Source: Euryarchaeota archaeon UBA181 (lineage in GTDB: Archaea; Thermoplasmatota; Poseidoniia; Poseidoniales; Thalassarchaeaceae). Taken from it: a DNA stretch of 54,618 nt. The stretch covers positions 1-54,618 of the forward strand of contig DALI01000068.1 of assembly GCA_002496725.1 (NCBI GenBank). Direction: 5' to 3'. The notes under the pieces are model-generated. The model did not search any database. It was given only the letters and a program-made list of their open reading frames with translations, and was not told the origin of the DNA. Each line of letters opens with the position of its first letter. Position 1 is the first letter of the stretch. Shown here in pieces: positions 53,531-54,618 of the stretch. The translations under genes were made by a program, and so were the position numbers.

Positions 53531-54172
53531 CTACTGTATTTTCCCTTTTCGGAAATCCCTAGTTCTATCCACGCCTGGAAATTGATCTTCACTCTCACGA
53601 TAAACAGTCTTCATATTATTCAGGAAATTAACCTCATCCGTCACTATTAGCACCATCCTGACCCCGGGATCTTCTTCTCGATCCATCCAGTCCAGAATTA
53701 TCTCCATGGTCATCCTCGCCCCTTCTCTGTGGGGGTAAGCAAAAACATCCATTCCAAGTGGTGGAGTTACCAGTGTTTCCCGAGGTTTTATGTTGGAAAT
53801 TTCATCAAACATTGCCTTGTATGAATTGACCAGAAGCTCCCTTCTGAAATTATCTTGATTGGGCCTTCTGCAGTCTGGCCCCACAACGTGTACCAAATTC
53901 TCTGCTGGGAGGTTGTAAGCCGGAGTAGTAACTGCCTCTCCAACTCCACAGGGCTGTTTCCCCTCCTTCCTTCTTTCAACAGCAATCTCGGTACATCTGG
54001 CTCGTAGCTCTTCCCCAGCCGCTAATTGCATCTTTTCATCAAGGCCCTCTCTCCCAGCCAGCCTATTATTGGCAGGAATGACCATCACATCACCCTCGAC
54101 TCTAATGATATTTCCAAACTGAACTCTAACCTGTCCATGACGGCACTCCCTCACAATTATTGTCTCCGCCAT
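53531..54172 (-). CDS. Macro-domain protein (ADP-ribose binding/hydrolase family)
   Basis: VQFGNIIRVEGDVMVIPANNRLAGREGLDEKMQLAAGEEL, HVVGP and a size that fit the macro domain. The ATG at 54172 is preferred because the track start at 54244 would leave only 28 nt to the divergent gene. Confidence 0.8.
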   Translation of the reverse strand: MAETIIVRECRHGQVRVQFGNIIRVEGDVMVIPANNRLAGREGLDEKMQLAAGEELRARCTEIAVERRKEGKQPCGVGEAVTTPAYNLPAENLVHVVGPDCRRPNQDNFRRELLVNSYKAMFDEISNIKPRETLVTPPLGMDVFAYPHREGARMTMEIILDWMDREEDPGVRMVLIVTDEVNFLNNMKTVYRESEDQFPGVDRTRDFRKGKIQ

Positions 54173-54272
54173 AATTAGACAAGGAGGGTCATATGATAAG
54201 TAACCATCGACAACTGCAATATTGTTCCACGGCAATCGATGCATTCATTCGGGAATACCTACTACGAACTCT

Positions 54273-54518
54273 ATGTCCGCCGGATACGTACTAGTCAATG
54301 TCGACCCAGGGAGTGAGTCAGATGTCCACAAAGTTGCACTATCACTGGATTGTGTCACCGATGCGAATATGCTTTTTGGGGACTATGATCTAATAGTCAA
54401 AATCGAAGCAAGTAGCATGGGTGAAATAGCACGTCATGTGGTTGAATCAATCAGAGCTATCCCCGGTGTAGCCAATACCAAGACTCTTGCTTGTGCTGAA
54501 ATGGAACTCTCGAAATAG
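54273..54518 (+). CDS. Stand-alone Lrp/AsnC ligand-binding (RAM) domain protein
   Basis: 81 aa. AGYVLVNVDPGSESDVHKVALSLDCVTDANMLFGDYDLIVKIEASSMGEIARHVVESIRAIPGVANTKT has the beta-alpha-beta-beta-alpha-beta RAM pattern and no HTH. The ORF-track TTG at 54222 is unsupported. Confidence 0.65.
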   Translation: MSAGYVLVNVDPGSESDVHKVALSLDCVTDANMLFGDYDLIVKIEASSMGEIARHVVESIRAIPGVANTKTLACAEMELSK

Positions 54519-54559
54519 GTAAAAACCCTAGAATGAGGCTCAGTGAGTCATTTTTTACC
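54518..54559 (+). terminator. Possible terminator: GGTAAAAA...TTTTTACC inverted repeat ending in a T6 run
   Basis: An 8-bp perfect stem with a long 26-nt loop. The T6 tract at 54551-56 is the usual archaeal termination signal and lies directly after the RAM gene stop. Confidence 0.3.
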
Positions 54560-54618
54560 CAATAACTTCATTATCTCGATAAATCACCAACGATATGGAG
54601 GTATGCTGAAAATGTCAG

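Noticed and set aside
54597-54618. GGAGGT followed by ATG at 54603 and 54612 at the extreme 3' end, suggesting the start of another plus-strand gene.
   Set aside because: Only 2-5 codons fall inside the window, which is too little to call a CDS.
1-54618. Scan for CRISPR arrays, IS elements/transposases, integrases, rRNA and large direct repeats.
   Set aside because: Nothing of the kind was recognisable by eye. All gaps are under ~115 nt and every long ORF has a cellular-function assignment or looks like a surface or membrane protein. A computational repeat search was not possible, so short dispersed repeats cannot be excluded.

Overview
This is a 54.6-kb, very gene-dense chromosomal segment of an archaeon. 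Most intergenic gaps are under 110 nt, stop/start overlaps are common, and many genes use GTG/TTG starts preceded by GGAGGTGA-type Shine-Dalgarno motifs. Archaeal markers are L15e, aIF-1A, RIO kinase, Hjc resolvase, a Sec11-type signal peptidase and an 11-subunit Nuo operon with split NuoJ. Together with many secreted protease/adhesin-like proteins and a leucine-catabolism cluster, this suggests a marine heterotrophic Thermoplasmatota/Poseidoniales (MG-II)-like organism, but that is inference only. Layout: (1) rpl15e plus a PRC-barrel gene. (2) 729-15464: five co-directional genes for giant membrane-anchored surface proteins (PKD protein, 1465-aa orphan, small CARDB-like anchor protein, 1494-aa S8 subtilase, 900-aa seven-module CARDB/NEW3-like protein). 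Two of them end in cytoplasmic zinc-finger tails, and this locus is my best candidate for an undescribed system. (3) 15547-27386: nuoABCDHIJ1J2KLMN with no E/F/G and with large insertions in NuoH and NuoI. (4) An aIF-1A / Rio1 / KH-protein trio, where aIF-1A carries a eukaryote-like acidic tail. (5) A DUF63-like membrane protein and a methylcrotonyl-CoA carboxylase / enoyl-CoA hydratase cluster with a split alpha subunit. (6) DUF4126, a YdeP-type molybdopterin oxidoreductase and a flavoprotein behind an AT-rich promoter. (7) serS, a presenilin-like protease and folC. (8) dCMP deaminase, a P-loop kinase, an Lhr helicase and a TSP3/PLC-like lipoprotein. (9) An unknown membrane protein coupled to signal peptidase I, then an S2P protease. 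(10) hjc, a macro-domain protein and a RAM-domain protein. I saw no rRNA, tRNA, CRISPR array, transposase/integrase or obvious prophage/defence island. All family names come from motif recognition by eye; no database search, structure prediction or statistics were run.
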